Shown here one piece after another: positions 54,187 through 62,371 of a stretch of DNA of 64,000 bases. The stretch comes from an uncultured Candidatus Peribacteria bacterium. Its GTDB lineage: Bacteria; Patescibacteriota; Gracilibacteria; UBA4473. Numbering within the stretch: the stretch's first letter is position 1; every line of letters starts with the position of its first letter. The notes under the pieces are model-generated. The model did no database searches. It saw only the letters and a list, made by a program, of their open reading frames with translations, and was not told where the DNA came from. The position numbers were made by a program, and so were the translations under genes. The stretch spans positions 10,759 through 74,758 of the forward strand of contig CAZDZO010000002.1 in the NCBI GenBank assembly GCA_964509975.1, read 5' to 3'.

Positions 54187-54205
54187 TACAGAAATCAATA
54201 TAAAC

Positions 54206-54964
54206 ATGAATAATCTCAATCAGGCCGACGTTACCTTTCCTTCTATTTTTTCACGATTTCTGGTCGGATTTGGATCGGGATTCATTGGAACAATAGTTTT
54301 GGGAATTGTTTTATTTCTCAGTTGGAGTGTCGTCGGGGAAACGCTTTCTCCAAGCGATGTAGTGAAGAATGAGTTTGGGATTAATATTCAAACGGAATCG
54401 CACCCCCTCTTTATTAGTATCATCACGCTCGCCATATTTTTGGCAACATTAGCGGCAAACATATCATATGTTCTTTTGGCAACAATGATTGATGAGAAAT
54501 ATTCCAGACGAGCCACTGCGCTGACACAGGTATTTTTTGGAAATCTTGTAATCCTCCTCCTCGTCCTCCCTGCCTATGCTTTTTCTGGACAATTTTTTGG
54601 ACAAATGGGAAGTGCTTTTGCAGGTGTATTCCATCTTATTATAGGAACCTTCTTTAGTTTCTTTGTGCTCGAAGCACTCCATCAATCAAAATATCTGATT
54701 GTAAATATATATGGAATGATTCTTGGACTTGTGCTTTTCTTCCTCATTGGAGGCTCTCTTGCAAGTTCACAAAGCACCGCTTCCGCTTTTCTCCTCATGT
54801 TCCCGGTTCTTTTGGGAGGGATGTCTTTGGGAAACAGAATCGCAGAGGTTCTCTATCTTTGGTTGTACCGAAACTACGGAAACGACTTCCTTAACGTCGA
54901 CACAAAATTTGGATCTGATTATGGAGAAAAAGATTCTCAAGGAGTACACGACTTTGATATTTAA
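54206..54964 (+). CDS. hypothetical polytopic membrane protein (252 aa)
   Basis: About 6-7 hydrophobic helices. No family recognised. Confidence 0.6.
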   Translation: MNNLNQADVTFPSIFSRFLVGFGSGFIGTIVLGIVLFLSWSVVGETLSPSDVVKNEFGINIQTESHPLFISIITLAIFLATLAANISYVLLATMIDEKYSRRATALTQVFFGNLVILLLVLPAYAFSGQFFGQMGSAFAGVFHLIIGTFFSFFVLEALHQSKYLIVNIYGMILGLVLFFLIGGSLASSQSTASAFLLMFPVLLGGMSLGNRIAEVLYLWLYRNYGNDFLNVDTKFGSDYGEKDSQGVHDFDI

Positions 54965-55035
54965 AAAAAGATAAAAAGCGAAAGAGCTGACAAGCTTTAA
55001 AATATCTACTTTAAACTTTTAGATTTTTTCACTTT

Positions 55036-55061
55036 AAAAAGACTCCACAAATTGTGAAGCC
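55036..55061 (-). terminator. strand-specific intrinsic terminator
   Basis: The minus-strand RNA ggcuucac-aauuu-guggaguc-uuuuu forms 8 bp with two G-U pairs. The plus-strand equivalents are C-A mismatches. Confidence 0.55.
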
Positions 55062-55092
55062 TTTTTCTTGATTACAAATATGTTTGAATTCC

Positions 55093-55386
55093 TTACTCTG
55101 TTACTTCAGCTGGTGCGGCTGGAGTTTGTCCACCTGCTCCACACGCTGGATTTACCAAGGTCACTTGTTGATCTCCAAGATTGAGAACAACTGGTTGGCA
55201 TTGTTGTCCAAGTGCCATTGTTTGCGCTACTGCATTTTGCATTCCGTGCTGTGCTCCGAGTTGGTACACTTCTCGTTGCAAATAATTTCTTGCAGCGTTA
55301 GCAACAAAAATAATAGAGAAAATGATCCAGATGACCAAAAGAATTCGAGATACCGGCCAATCCGTAACTTTTATTGGATTTTTCAT
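55093..55386 (-). CDS. small membrane-anchored hypothetical protein (97 aa)
   Basis: N-terminal TM (RILLVIWIIFSIIFVANAA). Followed by a minus-strand-specific terminator. Preferred over the overlapping plus-strand ORF. Confidence 0.5.
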   Translation of the reverse strand: MKNPIKVTDWPVSRILLVIWIIFSIIFVANAARNYLQREVYQLGAQHGMQNAVAQTMALGQQCQPVVLNLGDQQVTLVNPACGAGGQTPAAPAEVTE

Positions 55387-55579
55387 GAGAGAATTAGGGT
55401 TAGAAATCGTCGGTCACTCTAGAAAGAAATTTTGGATTTCGCAAGTTTTTTGATTTGCATAAATTTCTTTTTGTTTTTTTACATTTTTTTTTATTTCAAA
55501 AAAGAAGAAAAAGATTGCGTATTATTTTTTTATTGTTTTATACTTCTCACTGCTAGCGAGAAAAAAGTTTTAAAAAGTT

Positions 55580-55607
55580 TTGCACTCCATTTGAAACTTG
55601 TTACAAT
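55580..55607 (+). promoter_or_regulatory. sigma70-type promoter for the 55651 gene
   Basis: TTGCAC (55580-55585), 16-nt spacer, TACAAT (55602-55607). Confidence 0.4.
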
Positions 55608-55650
55608 CCTCGCCGTACACAATCATTTGTCTTTCTAACCCACAGAAAAA

Positions 55651-56322
55651 ATGAAAAAAATGCTCGTCGTTTCACTCGCCCTTGGAATGGGAATCATCTT
55701 CGCATCAAGTGCGGAAGCTTATAAAGAACCTGCTCGTGAAGACACAGGAAGTTATTCACACCGACTCTCTGTTCAAAAAAAATTAAATGAAGCCTTTCAA
55801 CGAAGATGGTCACTCTTTAATAAAAGACACAATGAACGAAATGTAAATCAAAAAACAATTCCATATCAATATGCTGCTCATCTTCGCTCACGAAAAGCAA
55901 CCAATACTTCTGAGGTTTCTACTATAATGAATCGAAAAGGAGCACTTTCTGACTACACAAATCTGAAACCAATAGAAGACAAAAACTACATTCGTCCAAG
56001 CCGAAAAGCAGTTTTCAAATCTCGAGCGATTGATTATTACGTTGATGGAGGAGATGCTGGAAAAGAAGCGATGGAAGCAAACGTAATTTACGGATCAACG
56101 CATAAAGTTGATACAAATAAGCACTACAATACTTTATGGAAACGAGATTTTGAATCTATTGGAGCTATCCGAGATGTGCAACGATCTTTTTACTCTCCAA
56201 CAAAAGCAAAATCCGGAACACAACGTTTGTACTCTACCCGCAAAGGAAATTCTCGATGGAACTACACACATCCATGGATGAATAACGATATTAAAGAATT
56301 CTTCAGCACCGAAGCTGAGTAA
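55651..56322 (+). CDS. hypothetical secreted basic protein (223 aa)
   Basis: Signal peptide MKKMLVVSLALGMGIIFASSAEA. Has its own promoter and terminator. Confidence 0.6.
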   Translation: MKKMLVVSLALGMGIIFASSAEAYKEPAREDTGSYSHRLSVQKKLNEAFQRRWSLFNKRHNERNVNQKTIPYQYAAHLRSRKATNTSEVSTIMNRKGALSDYTNLKPIEDKNYIRPSRKAVFKSRAIDYYVDGGDAGKEAMEANVIYGSTHKVDTNKHYNTLWKRDFESIGAIRDVQRSFYSPTKAKSGTQRLYSTRKGNSRWNYTHPWMNNDIKEFFSTEAE

Positions 56323-56345
56323 ACATTTTTTTTAACGAACCTAAA

Positions 56346-56371
56346 GGCCCTCGTCATGCGAGGGTTTTTTT
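56346..56371 (+). terminator. intrinsic terminator
   Basis: ccctcg-tcatg-cgaggg followed by T7 (56365-56371). Confidence 0.7.
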
Positions 56372-56399
56372 GTAGGCGCGGTCACGTGACCGCGCCTAC
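56372..56399. repeat. 28-nt perfect GC-rich palindrome GTAGGCGCGGTCAC|GTGACCGCGCCTAC
   Basis: Immediately follows the terminator T-tract and ends 13 nt before the DHOD-like gene ATG. CACGTG core. Confidence 0.8.
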
Positions 56400-56412
56400 G
56401 TTTACTGCTACA

Positions 56413-57474
56413 ATGAAGTCGATGCAAGAAATCTACCAAACCGACAAATCATACCAATGGAATTATGACCACGGGCCGTCTTTTGAGGGACTTTTCCCTG
56501 AGGTGAAACAGACTGAAAAGAAATTCAAACTCTGGAACTTTGAACTCAACTCCCCTCTGGGAGTTCCTGCAGGACCACTGCTTGATTCAAAATGGATAAA
56601 CTTGTATGGAAAGCTTGGATTTGATATTCCCGTGTACAAGACGGTACGAACCATTGAGCGAGAATGTCACCCCAATCCCAACTGCGTGTTTATAGATGCG
56701 CCACGGCAATTGGGCGTGAAAGATATTGGAGGAGACATTACAACGAGAACAACTGACCCGACAAATGTGGAAGATATTACTATTACCAATTCCTTTGGCG
56801 TCCCCTCCCAACCACCCTCCGTCTGGATGCCCGACATTGAGCGAGCGAATAAGGCATTGGGCGAAGGACAAGTGATGATTGTCTCAATCATGGGAACACC
56901 GGGAGAAGGACGAGATTTGGTACAAGATTATGCCGACTGTGCTCGCATGGCCAAGGAAGCCGGCGCCAAGATTATTGAAGCAAACTACTCATGTCCAAAT
57001 GTGTGCACAGGAGAAGGAAGTTTGTACAAAGATCCCGAAACCTCCAGTCAAATTTCAAAAGCGATTCGTGAAGCCATCGGCGACACGCCTTTCTTAATAA
57101 AGATGGGAATGCTCGCCCCACAAGAATTACGAGCCGTAGTCGAAGCAAACTTACCGTATGTTGATGGATTTGCTGGGATTAACACTATTGCGATGGATGT
57201 ACGCACTCCAGAGGGTGAACAGGCTTTACCGGGGGCCAACCGACTCCGAGCGGGACTCTGCGGGGAAGCAATTCGCGAAGCAGGACAACAATTCACCATT
57301 GAACTTGCAAAAATCCGAACGGAACTTAATGAAGATTTTGTTATTTGTGGTGTCGGTGGAATGATGACCGCAGAGCATTTACAATCAAGACTCAATGCAG
57401 GCGCTGACATCGTAATGTCTGCCACCGCCCCTATGTGGGATCCATTCTTAGCGGAGAGATTTCGAAATCTGTAA
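56413..57474 (+). CDS. class-1 dihydroorotate dehydrogenase-like flavoprotein (PyrD/DHPD family)
   Basis: NSPLGVPAGPL, NSFGVPS, IEANYSCPNV (active-site Cys), GINTI and ICGVGGM..AE..LNAGADIVM motifs. The start at 56413 lies after the terminator and palindrome that occupy the longer listed ORF. Confidence 0.78.
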   Translation: MKSMQEIYQTDKSYQWNYDHGPSFEGLFPEVKQTEKKFKLWNFELNSPLGVPAGPLLDSKWINLYGKLGFDIPVYKTVRTIERECHPNPNCVFIDAPRQLGVKDIGGDITTRTTDPTNVEDITITNSFGVPSQPPSVWMPDIERANKALGEGQVMIVSIMGTPGEGRDLVQDYADCARMAKEAGAKIIEANYSCPNVCTGEGSLYKDPETSSQISKAIREAIGDTPFLIKMGMLAPQELRAVVEANLPYVDGFAGINTIAMDVRTPEGEQALPGANRLRAGLCGEAIREAGQQFTIELAKIRTELNEDFVICGVGGMMTAEHLQSRLNAGADIVMSATAPMWDPFLAERFRNL

Positions 57475-57754
57475 AACAGTCTAAAAGCTAAAGAGTCAAA
57501 AAGTATAAAAGTGCTATCCAAAAGGAGGTTGGGGACGAGACCTGTTTGAGCGTCAATGGGATTCTGCACCTGTGCAAGTAAGAACGAGCGAGTTTTCTCG
57601 TCCCCAAAAGTTTTTGGTTCTTTTTGATTACAAAAAGAACAGTCCCGCAATATCAACGTAAATAAAAGAAGTACTTTCTTTGTACTGTTGTCTCCATAAA
57701 AATAGAGCTTCTTTAATTTTTCATTTCTCGTCAACTCCTTTAGAATTTAAGTTG

Positions 57755-59395
57755 ATGCAACGAACGTGTGCAATTATCGGACAACCGTTTGAAATCACGG
57801 AAGATGATGTGCAATTTTATGAAAAGATGGAAGTCCCCCTTCCGACGATCTGTCCGGAGGAACGAATGCGAAGACGACTCGCCTTCAGGAATGAACGAAA
57901 CCTTTCGAAACGATTGTGTAATTCTTCCGGGAAAGAGATTATTTCTGTTCATGCCAAAGAAACAAAATTCCCTGTGTATGACAACGAACACTGGTGGGGA
58001 GATACGTGGGACGGGAAAGATTATGGAGTAGATTTTGATTTTAATAGACCTTTCTTTCCTCAGTTTGAAGAGCTCTGGGAGCGCGTTCCCAAGATTGCCC
58101 GACTCCAGCAAGGCATCTCTGAGAATTCGAAATATACTAATGCTGCAGCTAACAATAAAAACTGTTATCTTATTTTTTCTGCAGGATTTAATGAAGATTG
58201 TCTGTACTGCCAAAACATAGACCAATCTCGTGATTGCGTGGATTGTTTTAATCTTTTTAAAACGGAACTCGCCTATCAATGCGTCGATTGTTCCGATTGT
58301 TACAACATCACTTTTTCGCAGAAATTAAATAATTGTAATGATGCCCACCACTCCTATGATTGCTTGGGCTGTGATAATGTTTTTGCCTGTGTTGGGTTGC
58401 GAAAAAAAAGCTACTGGGTGCTGAATAAACCAGTGAAGAAAGAAGAATTTGAAGCCCTTCTCAAAGATGAAAAGAAACAGGTAGAGGTTTTGAAACAACT
58501 TCAAAAAATTTATCTTTCTCTTCCACGAGAATATTGTTCCTTCCTCCGGTGCGAAGACTTTTCTGGCGATAACTTGTTTAATTGCAAAAACACACACGAT
58601 TGCTGGGATTGTAAAAATTGCGAAGACATGAAGTACTGTGATCAAATGCGGGAAGCCAAGAGCTGCATGGATGTAAGTTACTTTGGATGTTCTGGCAGTA
58701 ATGAATTAATTTATGAATGTGAAGCGGTCGGAATAGGCGCTTTTAATATTATATTTTCAAAATTTGCGGGAGAAGGTTGTTCTAATATTGCGTATTCGTA
58801 TGAATCATACGGAAGCAAAGACTGCTTCGGATGTGTCAGTATGAGACAGTCACAGTATTGTATTTTTAATAAACAATATTCTGAAACCGAATACAAAGCC
58901 CTTCGTGAAAAGATTATTGAACACATGAAGAAAACCGGTGAATGGGGAGAATTCTTTCCCCCTACCATGTCCCCTTTTCCTTACAATCACTCCACCGCAC
59001 AAGATGTACTCCCGTTAACAAAAGAAGAAGTACTCGCGCGTAGATGGAAATGGGCTGATGATGAGAAATCTGATTTCAAGTCCCCCACGGTGACAAAGCT
59101 TCCCGTCACAGCAGAAGCCACTAATAATCTTTGTAAAGAACTCCTGGCTTGTACACGCTGTAAAAAGAACTACACCATTCTCAAACCAGAACTGAAGTTT
59201 TATAAAAAGATGCGTCTTGAGCTACCTGACCTCTGCCCTGATTGTCGTCATTCCGATCGTATGAAGCTTCGTCTTCCACGAAAATTACACAATCGGAAAT
59301 GTGATAATTGTTCCACTGATATCAAAACACCATTTTCGCCAAACAGACCTGAGAAGGTATTTTGTGAGAAGTGTTACTTGGATGCGGTGAATTAG
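57755..59395 (+). CDS. cysteine-rich hypothetical protein (546 aa) with terminal zinc-ribbon-like modules
   Basis: ATG at 57755 (MQRTCAIIG). Central array of short C..C / DC..C repeats. The N- and C-terminal modules share FY(E/K)KM..LP..CP(E/D).R. Confidence 0.7.
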   Translation: MQRTCAIIGQPFEITEDDVQFYEKMEVPLPTICPEERMRRRLAFRNERNLSKRLCNSSGKEIISVHAKETKFPVYDNEHWWGDTWDGKDYGVDFDFNRPFFPQFEELWERVPKIARLQQGISENSKYTNAAANNKNCYLIFSAGFNEDCLYCQNIDQSRDCVDCFNLFKTELAYQCVDCSDCYNITFSQKLNNCNDAHHSYDCLGCDNVFACVGLRKKSYWVLNKPVKKEEFEALLKDEKKQVEVLKQLQKIYLSLPREYCSFLRCEDFSGDNLFNCKNTHDCWDCKNCEDMKYCDQMREAKSCMDVSYFGCSGSNELIYECEAVGIGAFNIIFSKFAGEGCSNIAYSYESYGSKDCFGCVSMRQSQYCIFNKQYSETEYKALREKIIEHMKKTGEWGEFFPPTMSPFPYNHSTAQDVLPLTKEEVLARRWKWADDEKSDFKSPTVTKLPVTAEATNNLCKELLACTRCKKNYTILKPELKFYKKMRLELPDLCPDCRHSDRMKLRLPRKLHNRKCDNCSTDIKTPFSPNRPEKVFCEKCYLDAVN

Positions 59396-59417
59396 AAATG
59401 GGATACGTATCCTATTT
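59396..59417. repeat. 22-nt repeat AAATGGGATACGTATCCTATTT (copy 2 of the palindromic motif)
   Basis: Identical to 60996-61017. Sits between the convergent stops at 59395 and 59416. Confidence 0.8.
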
Positions 59418-59787
59418 ATCCACCAAAGCCTTTCACTACAACTTTATTCCCAGGAACAGGTTCTCTTTCTGAGATATTCTTTTTCACTGAAGTGTTTTTT
59501 GGATCAACAACTTTTTCTTTAGGAGCAATTTTATTTTTTCTTGGAGTTGTTGTTGTAAGTTCTTTTAATACAAATTGTCTATTCTCTAAATTTGTTTTTC
59601 TCTTTCCCGATGCATTTACGAGAAGATTTGTTGTTTTTTTGTATTCCGCTTTAAGGTATTTCGGAATCTTTCCAGGTTCTGCTTTATATTTTCCGGCTAC
59701 AATGGCAGCCAAATCTTTATTCTTTTTCAAAAATTGTTTTTTCTTGATTCCTCCATCTAACAAAGCTTTCTCTAGTTTTGTTGTCAA
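59416..59787 (-). CDS. lysine-rich basic hypothetical protein (123 aa)
   Basis: 4-nt overlap with the upstream gene on the same strand. Preferred over the antisense ORF 59492..59899. Confidence 0.5.
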   Translation of the reverse strand: MTTKLEKALLDGGIKKKQFLKKNKDLAAIVAGKYKAEPGKIPKYLKAEYKKTTNLLVNASGKRKTNLENRQFVLKELTTTTPRKNKIAPKEKVVDPKNTSVKKNISEREPVPGNKVVVKGFGG

Positions 59788-60935
59788 TCTTTTATTGTTG
59801 GATCTAATTTTTCTTGGATTTCAGTCAAAATCGTTTCTCCTTGGGGAACCAGTGATTCCAATGTTTCCTTCTGATTCGTGTTTTCTATTTCATTCGTAAT
59901 ATGAAGTAATTGTTCTTTTTTTACTTCATATTCCAATTTATCAATTTCATCTAAACGCATTTCTAGGCCTGATACTGTTGTTTCCAATTCCAATTTTTGA
60001 TCATTCGACATCAAAGGATCTTGCATCAACGTTTCAATTTTTGTTTTTAATTTTTCAGTTTCTGTTCGATCTTGCGTTATATTTTCTTTGGCAAGCGTCT
60101 TTGTCGACAAAGTTTCCCATTGCTGTTTTATTAAGACAATTTTACTTTGGATTTCTTCTCTCTGTTTTCGTTCCTCCAGCAACACTTTTTCATTCTCAAA
60201 GAATTGTTTCAATTCATCTAATTTCTCGTTTAATGTCACTTTTTCTTCTGGCGTTGCGTTAAGAGCCGATACCTGTGAACGGTATCCCTCAATTTTTTGA
60301 AGATATTCATCAAAATTCTCGTCTCCTGACGTATATCCCTCCTTAATCAAACCAATCTCATTACCGAGTTTTTCTGCTTCAGAGGGTTCTTTTGGAGCTA
60401 CCTCAATAGGCTTCTTATGAGATTCCACTTGTGTTTCGTTCTTCAACTTAAGTTCTTTTTTCTTATTTCCGTTTCTCTTATTTTGAGAGAAGTCCACAAT
60501 TTGTGTTGGTTTTTTACTTTCAAGTTTTTCGGCTCTTAATCGATCATCTCTAATTTTTATTAAATCTTCATGATCAAATTCTCCGTTTCGATTTATATCT
60601 TTTACTTTTAAAGAAGGTCTCTTAAACCAAGCATCTTTAATTTTTATTTTATTCTCTTTCATTTTAATAACCGTACCGCCCTCTCGTCTCAATGTTTGTG
60701 TTTCACCGTTATCTCGTTTTATAATTCTTTCTTTCTTCCCCTTTTTTGCTTTAAAATCTTGTCGCACTTGTGATAAATTGATTTCATCCTTTAGCTCGCT
60801 CAGTTCGCCCATTATTTTAGTTCTCATAGCCTCTTTTACTGTTTCATAGCTACTTTCATTAGATCTCACAACATCTCGGAAAATGTATTTTCCGGGAAAG
60901 GTGTTTTCTGTATTTTGTTGTTTGAGAATTTTCAT
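59784..60935 (-). CDS. K/E-rich coiled-coil hypothetical protein (383 aa)
   Basis: ATG preceded by TGgTATAAT (60952-60960) 17 nt upstream. Confidence 0.6.
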   Translation of the reverse strand: MKILKQQNTENTFPGKYIFRDVVRSNESSYETVKEAMRTKIMGELSELKDEINLSQVRQDFKAKKGKKERIIKRDNGETQTLRREGGTVIKMKENKIKIKDAWFKRPSLKVKDINRNGEFDHEDLIKIRDDRLRAEKLESKKPTQIVDFSQNKRNGNKKKELKLKNETQVESHKKPIEVAPKEPSEAEKLGNEIGLIKEGYTSGDENFDEYLQKIEGYRSQVSALNATPEEKVTLNEKLDELKQFFENEKVLLEERKQREEIQSKIVLIKQQWETLSTKTLAKENITQDRTETEKLKTKIETLMQDPLMSNDQKLELETTVSGLEMRLDEIDKLEYEVKKEQLLHITNEIENTNQKETLESLVPQGETILTEIQEKLDPTIKD

Positions 60936-60951
60936 CTGAAAAAATCAGATT

Positions 60952-60960
60952 ATTATACCA
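60952..60960 (-). promoter_or_regulatory. extended -10 box (TGgTATAAT)
   Basis: Minus strand reads tgTGgTATAATaatctgattttttcag-ATG. Confidence 0.45.
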
Positions 60961-60995
60961 CAAAAAAAACAGGGAAACAAGTCTTAGACTGGAGA

Positions 60996-61017
60996 AAATG
61001 GGATACGTATCCTATTT
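60996..61017. repeat. 22-nt repeat AAATGGGATACGTATCCTATTT (copy 3)
   Basis: Overlaps the stop codon of the M23 peptidase gene. Confidence 0.8.
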
Positions 61018-62340
61018 TTCGAGTAATTCCATCGGATCTCGATGTTCTCCTTTTTCATATACTTCGAAATGCAAATGTGGACCAGCAGTAAAATACCCAG
61101 AACCCTTTGCTCCTTGTGTTCCACCAGTCTTAGCAATGAGATCCCCTTGAACGACTTCTTGTCCCTCATTAACGAGAATATCCGACACATGCCCATACAC
61201 GGTAAAAAGCTCCTCTCCGTGATCGAGAATCAGGTAGGCATACCCATATTCATTCGTATCAAAACTCACCTTCGATACTATTCCACTGCGTGGTGCAAAA
61301 ATATCGGTGCTGTGTGGTGCGACGAAGTCAACTCCTTTGTGCACCTTCCCAAGGGCTTTTTCATACGCTGGATCGTGAAATGATGCCGATACTTCCATTT
61401 CGATTGGAAGAGGGAATTTGAATCCTTCATCTTCGGGAAGATACCCCAGTTTTCCTTGCATTTCCTCCATGACCGATTGTAATTTTTGCAAAAAAGTTTC
61501 TTTTTCTATTGTTTGGCGTTCGTAATTTTCAATTTCTTTTGCGGTTTTCCCTTCGGTAAATTCTGATCGTGCAATAAGATGTGCTTTTGTTTCTGCAAAA
61601 TCAACTAATCCCCTCTTTTCAGCTGCAATCTGATCTTTCAGTGTTTTGGCTTGCTGAAAAAGAAGTGCCGCATGACGTTCTTTATTTTGAAGTTCTTTCT
61701 TCAAATATTCGAGTTCAATAAGTCCGGCCTTTTTCTGTTGTTGAAATTGTTGCACTTGTCGTTGTTCTTGCAAAATAGCCCCAACAGATTTTTTTGAAAA
61801 AAGCCATTTAAACACCGAGACCGACTCCCCTTTTCCAAAATTTTCATTTCGGATGTAATTCTTTTTTAAGAACCGATCAAACTCTTCTTTTTTTACTCGC
61901 ACAAGCGCTGCCAATACTTCTTTTTCTTTCGTAATCTTTGACAATTCTCCTTGCCATTGATTTTGCTGTTCAATAAATTTTTCAATTTTTGATTTCAGCA
62001 AACTCAGTTCCTGATCAAGCAGTAACAACTGCCCTTGCAATGTGTATTTCTCTGATTGTGCTTTCCAAAGATTCTGTTGTGACTGAAACGTTGCTGTAGA
62101 GAGTTGTTCCAATTTCTGTTCCTCTTCCCGTATCTTTTTTTGAATATTCAAAAAATCTTCTTCTGTCGGCGTTTCAGGAATTTCGAATTCTGACTCTATC
62201 GGCAAAGCGACTTCTCCATTTGTTTCGATTTCTCCTCCAAAAAACCGCTTCAGCATATCGTTTAAATCACTTCCCACACTTGCAAAAGCCACACTTGGTA
62301 TCAAGCAGAGGATTATAAGGAAGTGTTTTTTTATTTTCAT
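61012..62340 (-). CDS. M23-family metallopeptidase with N-terminal coiled coil (EnvC-like architecture)
   Basis: HKGVDF and GPHLHFEV zinc-ligand motifs. The ATG at 62340 gives the signal peptide MKIKKHFLIILCLIPSVAFA. The listed start at 62373 would overlap the nth start. Confidence 0.85.
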   Translation of the reverse strand: MKIKKHFLIILCLIPSVAFASVGSDLNDMLKRFFGGEIETNGEVALPIESEFEIPETPTEEDFLNIQKKIREEEQKLEQLSTATFQSQQNLWKAQSEKYTLQGQLLLLDQELSLLKSKIEKFIEQQNQWQGELSKITKEKEVLAALVRVKKEEFDRFLKKNYIRNENFGKGESVSVFKWLFSKKSVGAILQEQRQVQQFQQQKKAGLIELEYLKKELQNKERHAALLFQQAKTLKDQIAAEKRGLVDFAETKAHLIARSEFTEGKTAKEIENYERQTIEKETFLQKLQSVMEEMQGKLGYLPEDEGFKFPLPIEMEVSASFHDPAYEKALGKVHKGVDFVAPHSTDIFAPRSGIVSKVSFDTNEYGYAYLILDHGEELFTVYGHVSDILVNEGQEVVQGDLIAKTGGTQGAKGSGYFTAGPHLHFEVYEKGEHRDPMELLEK

Positions 62341-62347
62341 TTTCCTG

Positions 62348-62353
62348 ATTTTA
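62348..62353 (-). promoter_or_regulatory. -10 box (TAAAAT) 7 nt upstream of the M23 peptidase ATG
   Basis: Minus strand reads TAAAAT-caggaaa-ATG. Confidence 0.3.
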
Positions 62354-62371
62354 CCGTACAAAGAGCCCGAC

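Noticed and set aside
55084-55422. 112-aa plus-strand ORF overlapping the 55093..55386 minus-strand ORF
   Set aside because: The minus-strand product has a clean TM anchor and is followed by a terminator that pairs fully only on the minus-strand RNA. The plus-strand product is Cys/Ser-rich with low-complexity character and has no signals.
55432-55638. 68-aa plus-strand ORF in the AT-rich intergenic region
   Set aside because: Its peptide is a low-complexity F/L/I product of AT-rich DNA, and it overlaps the TTGCAC-16-TACAAT promoter predicted for the 55651 gene.
59492-59899. 135-aa plus-strand ORF
   Set aside because: It is antisense to two minus-strand genes that overlap each other by 4 nt and share a promoter and the 3' repeat. 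Its peptide is F/L/S-rich, as expected from antisense reading of K/E-rich genes.
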